Assembly (NCBI GenBank): GCA_003222305.1
Contig: QHVQ01000009.1
Span: 1 to 45,524, forward strand
Length of the DNA: 45,524 nt
Direction of reading: 5' to 3'
DNA from: Acidobacteriota bacterium
GTDB taxonomy: Bacteria; Acidobacteriota; Polarisedimenticolia; Gp22-AA2; AA152
The position numbers were made by a program, and so were the translations under genes. The notes beneath the pieces were generated by a model. That model made no database searches, was not told where the DNA came from, and saw only the letters and a program-made list of their open reading frames with translations. This document shows positions 18,731 through 28,070 of the stretch, piece after piece; the first letter of the stretch is position 1; the number at the start of each line of letters is the position of its first letter.

Positions 18731-19969
18731 TCAAGCGGCGGAGCGGAGGGCTTCGACGGGCTCGAGGCGCGAGGCGATGAGAGCGGGGTAGATGCCGTAG
18801 AGGATGCCCAGGGCCAGCGCGGTGCCCAGGGCGATGGCAAGCCCTCCAGGCTGAATGGGAAGTCCGGAGGGGAAGAAGGCACCGGCCCACAGGGTAATTC
18901 CGACACCTCCGGCGACCCCGAGCCCTCCGCCGATCATGGAGAGAATCACCGACTCTGCCAGGAACTGCAAGAAGATCTCGAAATCGGTGGCGCCGATGGC
19001 CTTGCGAAGCCCGATTTCGTAGAGGCGCTCACCGATGGAGATGAGCAGCACCGACATCAAGCCGATGCCCCCGACAATCAGGGATATCCCAGCGATGGCC
19101 CCCAGCACGATCTGCCAGCTGCGAATCTGATCACCGGTTTGCTGGCGCGCTCGCAGGATCTCCTCCGCAATGTTCTGGACCTTAAAGTCCTCCGCTCCCC
19201 GATGGGCGATACGAAGTGACGCCTCCACCTCCGATTTCAGGTCTCCCAACCGCTCCACCTCTCCGGTCTTGACTGCGATAACCGCCAGCGGGCCGTCTTC
19301 ACCGCTGTAGAACTTGCGCAGCGTGCTCAAGGGAATGTAGAGCCCCTCCATCTCCTGGATGAAATCGTCGTCGTTGACGAACAGGTTGCCCAGCTTCTTG
19401 CCCACGCCGACGACCGTGAAGCGCCGCGAGCCGAGGCTGACGTTCTGCCCCACCGCATCCTCGGTCCCGAAAAGGCGGCGCTTCAGGCGGTAGCCCAACA
19501 CGCAGACCCGCGCGAAGGCCCGCTCGTCCGGCTCGTTGATAAAGCGCCCCGCCTCCATGGAACGGTTGCGCACGATGGGATAGGTGGTCGTGGCGCCGGT
19601 GATGCGCGCCTTGCGCTCCACGTCGCCACGGCGCACGATTTCTTCGTAGAAATCCATGGGCGCTACCGAAGCAACCAGCTTCGCGCGTTCCAGCAGGACG
19701 GTCGAGTCTCGGGGCTGCAGCCCTTCGGAGCGGGCGAACATTGCGGAGTCCCGCAGATCCCGCGCCTGTCGGTTCATCACCAGCACGACGCCGTCATAGC
19801 CTATGTCAGCGAAGCCGGACCACACCGTCTCCACGACCCCCTGCAACAGGCAGGTCATGACCGTGATGGAGAGCGTCCCGAGGATGATGCCCAGCAAGGT
19901 GAGCACCGACCGCATCTTATGATGCCGGATCTCCCCCAGCACGGTGCGCAGGATCTCCCACGGATTCAT
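18731..19969 (-). CDS. MacB/FtsX-like ABC transporter permease
   Basis: RSVLTLLGIILG, ISLIVGGIG, ERLYEIGLRKAIGA, ASRLEPVEALR. Confidence 0.92.
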   Translation of the reverse strand: MNPWEILRTVLGEIRHHKMRSVLTLLGIILGTLSITVMTCLLQGVVETVWSGFADIGYDGVVLVMNRQARDLRDSAMFARSEGLQPRDSTVLLERAKLVASVAPMDFYEEIVRRGDVERKARITGATTTYPIVRNRSMEAGRFINEPDERAFARVCVLGYRLKRRLFGTEDAVGQNVSLGSRRFTVVGVGKKLGNLFVNDDDFIQEMEGLYIPLSTLRKFYSGEDGPLAVIAVKTGEVERLGDLKSEVEASLRIAHRGAEDFKVQNIAEEILRARQQTGDQIRSWQIVLGAIAGISLIVGGIGLMSVLLISIGERLYEIGLRKAIGATDFEIFLQFLAESVILSMIGGGLGVAGGVGITLWAGAFFPSGLPIQPGGLAIALGTALALGILYGIYPALIASRLEPVEALRSAA

Positions 19970-21198
19970 TCGTACCTCAGGGCCTCCACCGGGTTAAGCC
20001 GTGAGGCCTTCACCGCCGGGTAGAGACCGAAGAAAAGCCCGACCGTGACCGACGCCGCAACTCCGATTACGGCCATTTGCAGGGTGATCACGGCCGGCTG
20101 GCCGATGAGGTTGGAGATGGCCTGGGCGAAGATGATCCCCAGCCCCAGTCCCATGGCACCCCCGAGGACCGTTACCAGGATCGACTCCACGAGGAACTGG
20201 ATGGCGATATCCAGCCCCCGTGCGCCGAGCGCCTTGCGCACGCCGACCTCGCGGATTCTCTCCCGGAACGAGGCCAGCATGATATTCATGATGACAATTC
20301 CGCCCACCAGCAGCGAAACGATTCCCGAGACCAGGAAGACGGTGTCGAAGACCTGGTTCTGCTCGGCGCGTTGCCGGAGTCGCTCCGCCCGGTTGATCAC
20401 CTCGAAATCGGTCACCCCCGAGTGCCGACGCCGGACTACCGCCTCGATGGCGGCGGCGGCCTTCGGATTGTTCTCCACCTTGTCCACGATGACGTTGATG
20501 TACTGCACCCGCTTCCGATCGTCTCCCGTGAACCGCGCGTAGAGCGCGGTGAGCGGGATAAACGTCTGCTCGTTCATCCACTCGAGGGCATTGTGTTCCC
20601 CCTTGCCGAAATAAAATTCCTTGCGCTGCATCACTCCCACGACTCTGAAGCCCACGTCTTCGAGGGTCAGGATTCTCCCAACGGGGTCCTCGTTGCCGAA
20701 GTAGCGCCGAGCCGCCGTGTCCCCCAGCACGCAGACACGGGCCTGCGACTCCATATCGTCTTGGATGAGGAACCGGCCGCGAGTCGGATAGAACTTGTAC
20801 ACCGCGGCGTAATCGGGCGTGGCCCCGGTGATTTCGTTGCGGCGCTCATAGTCGCCGTAACGAATGTTGAGCGACTCCAGGGCGATGGGGTCCACCAGAG
20901 TGGCATAGGTCACTTCGTGTTTGATGGCCAGAGCGTCGCTCCAGGTCAGTCCGTCGCTGGCAAGCTGCCGGGCAGTGACCAGCCTCTCCTTCACCGGCCG
21001 GTTCACCACCAGGATCTTGGTCAGGCCGCCGAACTCGCCGAAGAACTTCGTGGCCTGCCTTCGCCCCGAATCGACCAGCCCCTGCACCGCCACCAACGAC
21101 GCCACTCCCAGGATGACGCCCAGGGTTTGGAGGAAGGTTCTCAGCTTGTGGGCTCGGACATCCACCAGCCCGTCGATGATGGATTCACGGAGGGTCAT
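19966..21198 (-). CDS. MacB/FtsX-like ABC transporter permease (second paralog)
   Basis: LRTFLQTLGVILG, ERIREVGVRKALGA, ASRLNPVEALRYE. Confidence 0.92.
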   Translation of the reverse strand: MTLRESIIDGLVDVRAHKLRTFLQTLGVILGVASLVAVQGLVDSGRRQATKFFGEFGGLTKILVVNRPVKERLVTARQLASDGLTWSDALAIKHEVTYATLVDPIALESLNIRYGDYERRNEITGATPDYAAVYKFYPTRGRFLIQDDMESQARVCVLGDTAARRYFGNEDPVGRILTLEDVGFRVVGVMQRKEFYFGKGEHNALEWMNEQTFIPLTALYARFTGDDRKRVQYINVIVDKVENNPKAAAAIEAVVRRRHSGVTDFEVINRAERLRQRAEQNQVFDTVFLVSGIVSLLVGGIVIMNIMLASFRERIREVGVRKALGARGLDIAIQFLVESILVTVLGGAMGLGLGIIFAQAISNLIGQPAVITLQMAVIGVAASVTVGLFFGLYPAVKASRLNPVEALRYE

Positions 21199-21917
21199 GC
21201 TTCGTTCCCGTTGGCGATTCTACCGTCCACGATCTGGACGATCTTATCGGCCCGTGACGCCACGTTGGAATCGTGAGTGACAAGAATGACCGTGTGTCCC
21301 TGAGTGTGGAGCTCCCCGAACAGTGCCAGGATTTCCTGGCCGGTCTTCGAGTCCAGGTTGCCGGTGGGCTCATCCGCCAGGACGATGGAGGGATCGTTCA
21401 CCAGCGCTCGGGCAATGGCTACGCGCTGACGCTGTCCCCCCGAGAGCTGCGAGGGGAGGGACCGGGCCCGTTCCGCCAGTCCCACTTTCTGCAGAGCCTT
21501 GACGGCCCGCTCCCGCCGCTCGACCCTCCCGATGCCGGCGTACAGGAGCGGGAGTTCCACGTTGCGGGCGAGACTCGATCGAGGAAGCAGGTTGAAGCTC
21601 TGGAAGACGAAGCCCACCCGTCTGTTCCGCACCCGGGCCAGGGCGCGGGGCGACATCTGGGAAACGGAGGTGCCCGCCAGGAGATAATCTCCTTCGGTGG
21701 GCACGTCCAGACACCCCAGGATGTGCATGAGGGTCGATTTCCCGGAGCCGGACGGGCCCATGATGGCCACAAAGTCCCCGGGGTCCAGCGTCAACGAAAT
21801 CCCCTGGAGGGCACGGACCTCGTCCTCGCCGCTGCCATAAATCTTGTGAACGTTGGTCAAATGGATGATGGGCTCCGCGAGACCACGCGGGGCGCCGGCT
21901 TCCGGCACGGCGGGCAC
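21195..21917 (-). CDS. ABC transporter ATP-binding protein (MacB/LolD type)
   Basis: GPSGSGKST, LSGGQRQR, ADEPTGNLD, VTHD; start moved to GTG 21917 behind SD. Confidence 0.95.
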   Translation of the reverse strand: MPAVPEAGAPRGLAEPIIHLTNVHKIYGSGEDEVRALQGISLTLDPGDFVAIMGPSGSGKSTLMHILGCLDVPTEGDYLLAGTSVSQMSPRALARVRNRRVGFVFQSFNLLPRSSLARNVELPLLYAGIGRVERRERAVKALQKVGLAERARSLPSQLSGGQRQRVAIARALVNDPSIVLADEPTGNLDSKTGQEILALFGELHTQGHTVILVTHDSNVASRADKIVQIVDGRIANGNEA

Positions 21918-21924
21918 TTCTCCC

Positions 21925-23172
21925 TTACTGGTTCTCATCCACCTGCCTGGGCTTGGTCGGATCCTCAAGCGCAACCTCGACTCCGTCGGTGAGTCCCTCC
22001 ATAATCTGCGCCTTCTCCAGGCTCACCAGTCCAACCTTCACGTCCTTCTCCTCGAAGAAGCGCTGCCAGACGTCGGACACATCCAGCTTTCCCGAACGGG
22101 TATTCCGAGGCTCCTTCTCTCCCGCCTTGGGGGCGTCGAAGGCCTTCTTCAGAATGTAGGCCACCTCTCGGTCCTTTTTCTTGAAGATGGCTTCCACGGG
22201 AATGCCAAGCGCTGCGGTTACTTTGTCCCCTCTCACCTCGATGTTGGCCGTCATGCCAGCGCGAAAGTCCTTGATCTGCTCTTTCAGGGTGACTTCGACG
22301 TCGAAGACCTTGACCTTCTCCTTCAGCCGAGCGGCGGGGGAAATGTGAGTGACCGTTCCATCGAAGCGACGGTAGGGAAACGCGTCCACGGTGATCACTA
22401 CCGGCATCCCCAGACGGACACGCCCGATATCCACCTCGTTGATGGAGGCCTTGATGAGCATGGAGCCCACGTCGGCTACGGTGTAAAGCGGCGTCCCTTC
22501 GTTGAACGAGGAGACACCGGAGGTTACCGTCTGTCCTACCTCCACGTTCCTCTTTACCACGGTGCCGTCCATGGGGGAGACGATATTCACGCGTTGGGAC
22601 GTGGAGATCTGCCCCTCCAACGGGATTCCGCTCTCCACGACGATGCGGCTCTTGGTCTTGGCGGCTTCGAGATTCTCCTTGGCCGTATCGAACTTCACCC
22701 GATAGTCCTTCAGCTGCTGAACCGCCAGCAGACCTTCCTCGTACAGCCGCTGATTGGTCTCCAGATCTTTCTGGGCGTCCTGGGCACGGATTTCCGCCAG
22801 GGTCAACTCCGATCGGACCGCCGAAAGAGTTTGGGCCTGGTTCACGTCCGGCTCGACACGGGCGAGGACCTGGCCGCGCTTCACGCGATCGCCTTCCTTC
22901 ACCAGAAGCTCCGTGACCTCGCCGGATAACGGGGACTTGACGTCTACCTTCACGACCGGCTCGATGGTGCCCATCTCGTTCACGGTCACCTGAATGTCGG
23001 AGACGCCCGACTTCCCGATGCGAAGATCCAGGTCCTCGGCCTTCAATGTCTGCTTGTTATGGGCGAAACCTGACCGGCCGAGAAAGGCGGCTCCGCTCCC
23101 TAAAACAAGAACCCCGAGGATCAGGGCGATCCAGATCCAGCGGCGGGGCCCCCGCCTCAGACCTGCGGCCAT
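21925..23172 (-). CDS. Efflux periplasmic adaptor subunit (MacA/HlyD type)
   Basis: N-terminal TM; lipoyl-like halves (VKEGDRVKRGQVLA; SPMDGTV...VEVGQTV); FRAGMTA; SD GGAGGGAG before ATG 23172. Confidence 0.9.
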   Translation of the reverse strand: MAAGLRRGPRRWIWIALILGVLVLGSGAAFLGRSGFAHNKQTLKAEDLDLRIGKSGVSDIQVTVNEMGTIEPVVKVDVKSPLSGEVTELLVKEGDRVKRGQVLARVEPDVNQAQTLSAVRSELTLAEIRAQDAQKDLETNQRLYEEGLLAVQQLKDYRVKFDTAKENLEAAKTKSRIVVESGIPLEGQISTSQRVNIVSPMDGTVVKRNVEVGQTVTSGVSSFNEGTPLYTVADVGSMLIKASINEVDIGRVRLGMPVVITVDAFPYRRFDGTVTHISPAARLKEKVKVFDVEVTLKEQIKDFRAGMTANIEVRGDKVTAALGIPVEAIFKKKDREVAYILKKAFDAPKAGEKEPRNTRSGKLDVSDVWQRFFEEKDVKVGLVSLEKAQIMEGLTDGVEVALEDPTKPRQVDENQ

Positions 23173-23409
23173 GTGACTCCCTCCCTGTTCATAGGCTTCT
23201 GCGAAATTGGGTTCCTGTTTGGACCTGGCTGGCTTTCCGCCCATCCTCTCCTACGGAAAACTGGGGAAAAAGTTCACCTGGGTTGGAGTTTGGATAAGTT
23301 TGGCACGGCTTCCCGCCACCCTAGGCGGTCGAGCCCTCCCCCTCGGGTTTGACTGCGCCTGTGGCATCTGCTATCAGGGCCTCCTTCGCCCTTCGGGAGT
23401 TGCCGGCCC

Positions 23410-24816
23410 ATGCCCCAGCCAACCGTGAAGGCGTCCAAGGGTCCCCCGCTCGCACAGGCCGGCCGTTTCCTGGCCGACGCCAGTGAAAGGTACTTCCCCG
23501 ACGCTTTCGTCTTCGCCCTCGCTGCGGTGCTGTTGGTATTCGTCGGGGGGCTGTGGCTCGGGGAAAAACCCAGCAGACTGATCTCCGAGTTCGGCGGGAG
23601 CTTCTGGGCCCTGGTGCCCTTCACCATGCAGATGGCTCTGGTGATCATCGGAGGCTTCGTGGTGGCCAGCTCGCCTCTTCTGGCCCGCGCGATCGGGGCA
23701 CTCGGTGCGGTCCCGAAGACCGCGCGGGGCGCCGTGGCGTTCGTGGCCTTCTTTGCCATGACCAGTTCGATGATTTCCTGGGGCCTTTCCCTGGTTTTCA
23801 CCGGGCTCCTGGTCAGAGAGGTCACCCGGAGAGTGGCGGGTGTGGATTACCGGGCGGGAGGAGCGGCTGCTTTCCTGGGGCTGGGGAGGGTCTGGGCGCT
23901 TGGTCTTTCTTCCTCCGCCGCGCTGATGCAGGCGACCCCCTCGTCCATTCCCGCGGCTCTCCTTCCGGTAACGGGCGTCATTTCGTTGTCCGAGACCATC
24001 TTCCTCTGGCAAAGTCTCCTTCTAGCGGCGGTTCTTATCGTTGTCTCGGTGGGGGTGGCTTATTACTCCTGCCCGAGACCTGAGGAGGCGCGCACCGCGC
24101 AGGAGATGGGAGTCCTTTTCGAGGCAAACCCCGAGCGGACTCGGGAGGCCGCCACTCCCGCGGGGAAGATGGAGGAGAGTCCCTTCTGGGGGGTGGCGGT
24201 GGCCCTCCTGATGCTCGCTTACCTGGGACTCGAATGGCAGGAGAAGGGCCTCATCGCCGCCCTGGATCTAAATAACTTCAATCTGGCCTTCCTGGGTCTG
24301 GGACTGATGCTGCACGGTCGGCCCCGTTCGTTCCTCTCCGCCGTGGGAAAGGCGGTCCCCGCCACGTCCGGAGTCTTAATCCAGTTCCCGTTCTACGCCG
24401 GGATCTTCGGAATCATCTCCAAGACGTCCATCGCCTCGCTGTTGGCGGGTTGGTTCGTCAAGATCTCCACTCCCGGCACGTTTCCCCTTCTGGTGGCTCT
24501 CTACTCGGCCGTGCTGGGGGTCTTCGTTCCATCGGGGGGCGGAAAATGGATCGTCGAAGCGCCCTATGTCATGGCCTCCGCCAACACGTGGCATGCGCAC
24601 CTGGGCTGGACCGTGCAGATCTACAACGCAGCCGAAGCGCTCCCGAACCTCATCAATCCCTTTTGGATGCTTCCCCTCATGGGAATTCTCAACGTGAAGG
24701 CCCGAGATCTGGCGGGATATTCCATTCTCCAGCTCCTGTTTCACGCTCCCCTGGTCTTCCTTCTCTCCTGGCTCCTCGCCCAAACGCTGACTTATCACCT
24801 TCCCGTACTCCCCTAA
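23410..24816 (+). CDS. atoE: Short-chain fatty acid transporter (AtoE family)
   Basis: ERYFPDAFVFA, FTMQMALV, LIQFPFYAGI, VPSGGGKW, NLINPFWMLP. Confidence 0.88.
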   Translation: MPQPTVKASKGPPLAQAGRFLADASERYFPDAFVFALAAVLLVFVGGLWLGEKPSRLISEFGGSFWALVPFTMQMALVIIGGFVVASSPLLARAIGALGAVPKTARGAVAFVAFFAMTSSMISWGLSLVFTGLLVREVTRRVAGVDYRAGGAAAFLGLGRVWALGLSSSAALMQATPSSIPAALLPVTGVISLSETIFLWQSLLLAAVLIVVSVGVAYYSCPRPEEARTAQEMGVLFEANPERTREAATPAGKMEESPFWGVAVALLMLAYLGLEWQEKGLIAALDLNNFNLAFLGLGLMLHGRPRSFLSAVGKAVPATSGVLIQFPFYAGIFGIISKTSIASLLAGWFVKISTPGTFPLLVALYSAVLGVFVPSGGGKWIVEAPYVMASANTWHAHLGWTVQIYNAAEALPNLINPFWMLPLMGILNVKARDLAGYSILQLLFHAPLVFLLSWLLAQTLTYHLPVLP

Positions 24817-24820
24817 AAGG

Positions 24821-24848
24821 AAAAGGGGCGGAGAGATCGCTCCGCCCC
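24821..24848 (-). terminator. Terminator hairpin between convergent atoE and yceI
   Basis: GGGGCGGAG-AGATCG-CTCCGCCCC with an A-run on the left (U-tract for the minus strand). Confidence 0.75.
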
Positions 24849-24874
24849 CCTAGCGAACGAGTCTGCAGGGGCTG

Positions 24875-25510
24875 TCAGTTTTTCTTGGGCGCCGTTTCGG
24901 GGGCGGCCGCCTTGGGCGCCGCGCGAACCCCCTCGACGTCGAGCAGGATTTCCACTTCGTCACCCAGCAGGGCGCCGCCTCCTTCGATGGCCTTGTTCCA
25001 GGAGACGCCGAAGTCCTGTCGATTGATCTTGGTCTTCGCCTCGAAGCCTCCGCGGTAATTCCCCCAGGGATCGGGACTGAAGCCAAGCACCTCGGCCTCC
25101 AGCGTAACGGGCTTCGTGACCCCGTGAATGGTCAAATCGCCCTTCACCGTCGCCTTGTTGGTCCCCTGGGGAGTCACCGAGGTGGCTCGAAAGGTGATTT
25201 TCGGGAACTTCTGGACATCAAAAAAATCGGGGCTCTTCAGATGCGTATCCCGATCCTTGTTTCCGGTGTCGATGCTGGCCGCGTCAATGGAGACCTCCAC
25301 CGTCGTCTTCGAAAGATCCTTGGGATCCAGAGTGATGGTGCCCTCATACGTGTCGAACTTCCCGGGCACCTTGCTGAAAAAATGCCGAATGCTGAAACCC
25401 ACGCTGGAATGGTTCGGGTCGATCTTGTAGGTCTCGGGGGCAGCCGCCGCCCGTCCCGCGAACAGCGACATCCCCAGGATGATCGCGGACCACAAGCGCA
25501 TGGTTCTCAC
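24875..25510 (-). CDS. YceI family lipid/polyisoprenoid-binding periplasmic protein
   Basis: Signal peptide; IDPNHSSVGF, RDTHLKSPDFF, GDLTIHGVTKPV, INRQDFG. Confidence 0.93.
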   Translation of the reverse strand: MRTMRLWSAIILGMSLFAGRAAAAPETYKIDPNHSSVGFSIRHFFSKVPGKFDTYEGTITLDPKDLSKTTVEVSIDAASIDTGNKDRDTHLKSPDFFDVQKFPKITFRATSVTPQGTNKATVKGDLTIHGVTKPVTLEAEVLGFSPDPWGNYRGGFEAKTKINRQDFGVSWNKAIEGGGALLGDEVEILLDVEGVRAAPKAAAPETAPKKN

Positions 25511-25648
25511 GTGCCTCTTCCTCCCTTGTGAAAGGTTTCTGTCCAGGCTCCCGTCTTGCCGGTCAGTCTGCGAACACCCGGCGGGCTCCCCGCCCGGGTG
25601 AGCGCTGCATGGGCCGAACGACGCGAGGATTCGACTCTTCTTCTGGAT

Positions 25649-26701
25649 TTACTTGCTGCCGGATTTGGCCAGCTCGCGGTCGATGACTTCGGAAAAAGCC
25701 TCCGGCCCCTGCGCACCCACCACGGCAATGCCGTTGATGAAAAACGACGGAGTGCTGTTGACGCCCGCTTTGGTGGCATCGGCGACGTCCTTGGTGACCT
25801 CGGCGGTGAATTTTCCCGACTCCACGCAGCTCTTGAACTTGTCGGCATTCAGGCCCAGCCGAGACGCCGTGGCCTCCATGTCCGGCACCGAGAGCTTTGC
25901 CTGATCGGCGTAAAGGGCGTCATGAAACTCCCAAAACTTCCCCTGCTCGTTGGCGCACTGGGCCGCCTCGGCTGCCTTTTCTGCGAAGGGATGGAAGCTC
26001 AGGGGGTAGTCCCGGTAGACGAAACGGACTTTACCTTGATACTTCTCAAGCACCTGTTTGATGGCGGCCTCGGCGCGGCTGCAGTAGGGGCACTGGAAAT
26101 CGGAGAACTCGACGATGGTGACGGGGGCGCTGGTGGGCCCTTTGACAGGATCGTCATCCACCGCCACATCCACTCGAGGAGGCTCGAGCAGAATCTGGAC
26201 CTTGTACTTGGATCGGAGGCTCTGAAGATAGCTTTGCTGGGCCTGCTGCCCCTTCTGGTCCTTGAGCCATTTCACGATGTCGGGCGTCACCTGCTCCTTG
26301 GTTTTTCCGGGCATCCGGGCTTTGTTCCCCTCCCAAACCTGGTCGATCTCCGCCGGGGCCGGATCCGCCAGCTTGGCGTTCACTTCTTTCTGGAGCAGTG
26401 CGTCCTTCGTGATCCCCTGGGCCTTGGCCTCCTTCTCCAGGAGCGTATCGGTGACGAGCTGCTCGAGCGCCTGCTGGCGTGCATCGTAGATCTGCTTCGC
26501 AACGCGCTCGTCGACCTGGGCGATGGTAATCGACTGACCATCGACCAGGGCAGCGTTTCCCGAGGAGGACGCGGCCGGTTCCTTGGTCGCGTCTTTCTTC
26601 GCGGAAGCGCCGCTCGGAGTGGCCGACGAGCAGCCTGACGTGGCCAGGAAGCACACCAGGAGCGACATGGAGAGGAGCAGGGTAGACTTACGGCAGAACA
26701 T
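25649..26701 (-). CDS. DsbA-family thiol-disulfide oxidoreductase lipoprotein with N-terminal SurA-like helical domain
   Basis: Lipobox-like TSGC; VEFSDFQCPYC; GVNSTPSFFING. Confidence 0.88.
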   Translation of the reverse strand: MFCRKSTLLLSMSLLVCFLATSGCSSATPSGASAKKDATKEPAASSSGNAALVDGQSITIAQVDERVAKQIYDARQQALEQLVTDTLLEKEAKAQGITKDALLQKEVNAKLADPAPAEIDQVWEGNKARMPGKTKEQVTPDIVKWLKDQKGQQAQQSYLQSLRSKYKVQILLEPPRVDVAVDDDPVKGPTSAPVTIVEFSDFQCPYCSRAEAAIKQVLEKYQGKVRFVYRDYPLSFHPFAEKAAEAAQCANEQGKFWEFHDALYADQAKLSVPDMEATASRLGLNADKFKSCVESGKFTAEVTKDVADATKAGVNSTPSFFINGIAVVGAQGPEAFSEVIDRELAKSGSK

Positions 26702-26860
26702 TGGGAACCTCCAGGGTCCAAATGAAGTTACGCCACCCCGGGCCGGTCCCGGGAACTTCCGGGTGGGCCGGCTTGGTGCAGGGGATGAGTCGGTCGGCGG
26801 CCTATTCTAAGGCCTTCCTCTCATTTGTACAAACCCTCCCTGCAGGGGGTAACCGCATAT

Positions 26861-28039
26861 CTACGGAGCGGGCCCGGCCGCACGCGCCAGAATCCTCGCA
26901 ACTCCTTCTGCAAAGATCTCCTCCCGTGGCAGCAGACTTAGCACCAGATAGGCGGGAACAGGAAATTCGAAAAAGAAGCCCGGATGGGCCAGAACCCCGT
27001 CCTCCTCAAGCAGCCGGAGAACCCAATCCTCTTCGCTCATGATGGCGGGGACCTGAAGTACCGCGGTCCACCCACCTTCGCACGGCAACAGCCGACAGGG
27101 GGAAGGTTGAATCGTTGCCCCCTGAAGGTGCCGCAGGTTTCGGCCGGTTCGCCGCCGGAGTTCCTGGCGAATCCCGCGCGCCGCGGTCAAGAGCGCCCCG
27201 ACGGCGTGTTGCACGGGGGTGTTGACGGAGAGGTAGGTATCGGCCACCAGCTCCAAACGCTCCTTCGCTTCCTGTTTCTCGGGGCCCGGGCCACCCACCG
27301 CGATCCAGCCCAGTTTCATCTGGGGAAGTCCCGCCAGCTTGGACAGCCCCCCCAGGCTGAAGGTGAGCGCCCTCTCGCATTCCAGGACGCCGGCCGCCCG
27401 ATCCGAATCTTCTCCGTGAGGGTACTCGGCGAACACTTCGTCGCCGAGGAGGGCTATTCCCCGCCTCGAGCAGAGGGACTCAAGGCCTCTCAGTTCCTGG
27501 CGCTTCAGGTAGGTACCCGTGGGGTTATTGGGATTCACCGCGACGATTAGACGGGTCCGGGAGCCCACCCGTGCCTCGAGGGTAGCCAGGTCCACGGACC
27601 AGGTGCCGTCCAAGACCAAGGGGTAACCTACACTCACCACGCCCTCCAGCCGAGTGAGGAAATCGAAGAGGGGATAGCTGGGCTGGGGTACCAAAATCTC
27701 GTCACCCGGATCCGCCAGGAGCTTGAAGAGCCAGGCGTAGGCTTCGCTGGTGCTCGCGGTCAGGAATAGATCCTGGGCATCCACCAGGATTCCCCTCTCG
27801 GCGTAGACCCCCGCCACGGCCTGCCGCGCAGCCCACAGGCCCCGTGGATCCGGATGGTAGACGAGAGCGCCGGGATCGGAGAGAGGCGGGAGGAGCTCCG
27901 AACCGGGATAGTTCAACCCTACTTGGGTGGGATTGGTCTCGGTCAGGTCCAGGATCGGCTCCCCGGCGTGCCGTTTGCGTTCCACCGATTCCGCGAGACG
28001 GTTGTGCGATCGGTCCCAGGCGGTGCGTCGGGAAAACAT
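26861..28039 (-). CDS. PLP-dependent aminotransferase class I/II
   Basis: NPNNPTG, DEVF, GGLSKLAGLPQMKLGW (PLP lysine). Confidence 0.9.
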   Translation of the reverse strand: MFSRRTAWDRSHNRLAESVERKRHAGEPILDLTETNPTQVGLNYPGSELLPPLSDPGALVYHPDPRGLWAARQAVAGVYAERGILVDAQDLFLTASTSEAYAWLFKLLADPGDEILVPQPSYPLFDFLTRLEGVVSVGYPLVLDGTWSVDLATLEARVGSRTRLIVAVNPNNPTGTYLKRQELRGLESLCSRRGIALLGDEVFAEYPHGEDSDRAAGVLECERALTFSLGGLSKLAGLPQMKLGWIAVGGPGPEKQEAKERLELVADTYLSVNTPVQHAVGALLTAARGIRQELRRRTGRNLRHLQGATIQPSPCRLLPCEGGWTAVLQVPAIMSEEDWVLRLLEEDGVLAHPGFFFEFPVPAYLVLSLLPREEIFAEGVARILARAAGPAP

Positions 28040-28070
28040 CGGGGAGGAAAACCTCGAGAGGTAAAGGGGC

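Noticed and set aside
23301-23316. Sigma54 promoter (TGGCAC...) upstream of atoE
   Set aside because: The -12 GC is off by one base and TTGC is absent
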